A stretch of 64,000 nucleotides of DNA from Phoronis australis (lineage: Eukaryota > Animalia > Phoronida), in assembly GCA_002633005.1 (NCBI GenBank), contig NMRA01000288.1, forward strand, positions 384,300 to 448,299, given 5' to 3'. How positions within the stretch are numbered: position 1 is the first letter of the stretch; the number at the start of each line of letters is the position of its first letter. The notes beneath the pieces are model-generated. The model was not told the origin of the DNA. It saw only the letters and a list, made by a program, of their open reading frames with translations, and did no database searches. The position numbers were made by a program, and so were the translations under genes. This document shows, piece after piece, positions 62,872 through 64,000 of the stretch.

Positions 62872-64000
62872 ATGCAATAAAATTCTAAGTTAAGGGCTAA
62901 AATGAGCCGTCAGTGGAATAAAGTTACAAATAATCATTAAAATACTAACTTTAACATTCTCAATTAGTTGAGTTTTGGATTAGAGTTATTGAATTTGAAA
63001 TATAGGTTGCTTGCTCAAACTCGAAGTTTCACCTACGTCAGGGGTACAAGTTGAAGCACAACTGAAATCCGCCATGTTTACTATTTCAGGTCCTTGAATT
63101 GAGAGTTTTGAGATTGTTTTAGAAATTCCATCGCCAATTCACCACTCACGAAGACAGTTAATGGGATCCAGAAAAGATAAGGCTTCGAAGGTTTATGCAA
63201 CACCAGACTGAGGGAGGTGCACGCAGATTTTATTTGGATTTTGGACGGTTGAAGTTGGGAGCCTCGGCTTGGCAACGTTTAAGTGTCCAACCTTTATGTT
63301 TTCTTATATATATCATTGAGTGACGTCATTTGCGATAAACCCAAGCGCCTGTGGTGCATAACGAGCAGTTGACAGATCGTTTGTTTTTTTTTTGAAACTT
63401 GAAACTAAAGGAAAAATGCTTTAGCATCAACAGAAATTCAAAATCTTTATCAATAGACCATAGTAAACAGTTTAACTTCTGTTTCAGTGGCAAAGAACCA
63501 CTTTGAAAAATGCAAGTAAGTCTGTTTTTCACATTCTATGCCATTAGGATTTTAAGTTGCGTAAAATTAAAAAGGAATGACGTATCAGAAAACTGTTACG
63601 GCGTTTTCGATATTTCATATTGAACAATTCCATCAAATAAAACTTAGTCGCGCTATTGATGCCGTTCTTTTGCCTTTCTTTTTGGTAAACTTTACTAAAA
63701 AGACAAAGTCGTGTGATTCAATCAGTAACATACATGAAACAGTGAAAAGTCAAAAATCAAATTATTCAGGCTTTCTAGTTTCAGAAAATATATACTTTTA
63801 CTAAGTTAAAATCTATAGTTTTGCATTGTTTTTGCTAAATGCACAGACTTTTAGAGAAGGTCTTACATCGTTTAAAAGGGTACTAATCTGTTTTGATGAC
63901 TTCAACCAATCCTCGTTCTGTCGCCCACTAACGCATCATTGCCGTCTCGGTCTCACTTATATGATTAATACAGGATTCAACTAAAAATCACTCATGTGTA

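Noticed and set aside
60937-62877. Low-complexity ORFs (YI/CV/HT repeats)
   Set aside because: They are translations of microsatellites and the N gap. Only 61586-61873 is a real exon.
63030-63350. Possible further exon upstream of the FN3 exons
   Set aside because: No open frame from the candidate acceptor and no domain motif.

Overview
Eukaryotic (metazoan, invertebrate-like) intron-rich genomic DNA from a heterozygous draft assembly. Three spliced genes can be rebuilt from GT-AG boundaries and phases. (1) PPAT/amidophosphoribosyltransferase, minus strand, 11 coding exons, 4455-19379. (2) PAICS, plus strand, 19941-41976, head-to-head with PPAT across ~560 bp; exons 3-6 appear twice around a single-N join, most likely as uncollapsed haplotypes. 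(3) The 3' part of a minus-strand type I membrane protein with FN3 and TSP1 repeats, 44552 to >61873. The ~10 kb intron of gene 3 is a transposon nest: a deleted L1/Tx1 LINE, a deleted Kolobok (THAP transposase plus KolX/P2X7-ballast-like ORF), and an intronless decayed cassette. That cassette reads protein-kinase N-lobe, then Gypsy-type integrase C-terminal core, then TatD nuclease in frame with the integrase, and is the best candidate for an undescribed system. Also present: Helentron/HINE-like satellite-bearing elements, MITEs, a 76-bp minisatellite and microsatellites. No CRISPR, rRNA or tRNA was recognised. All calls come from manual reading; no database searches were run.
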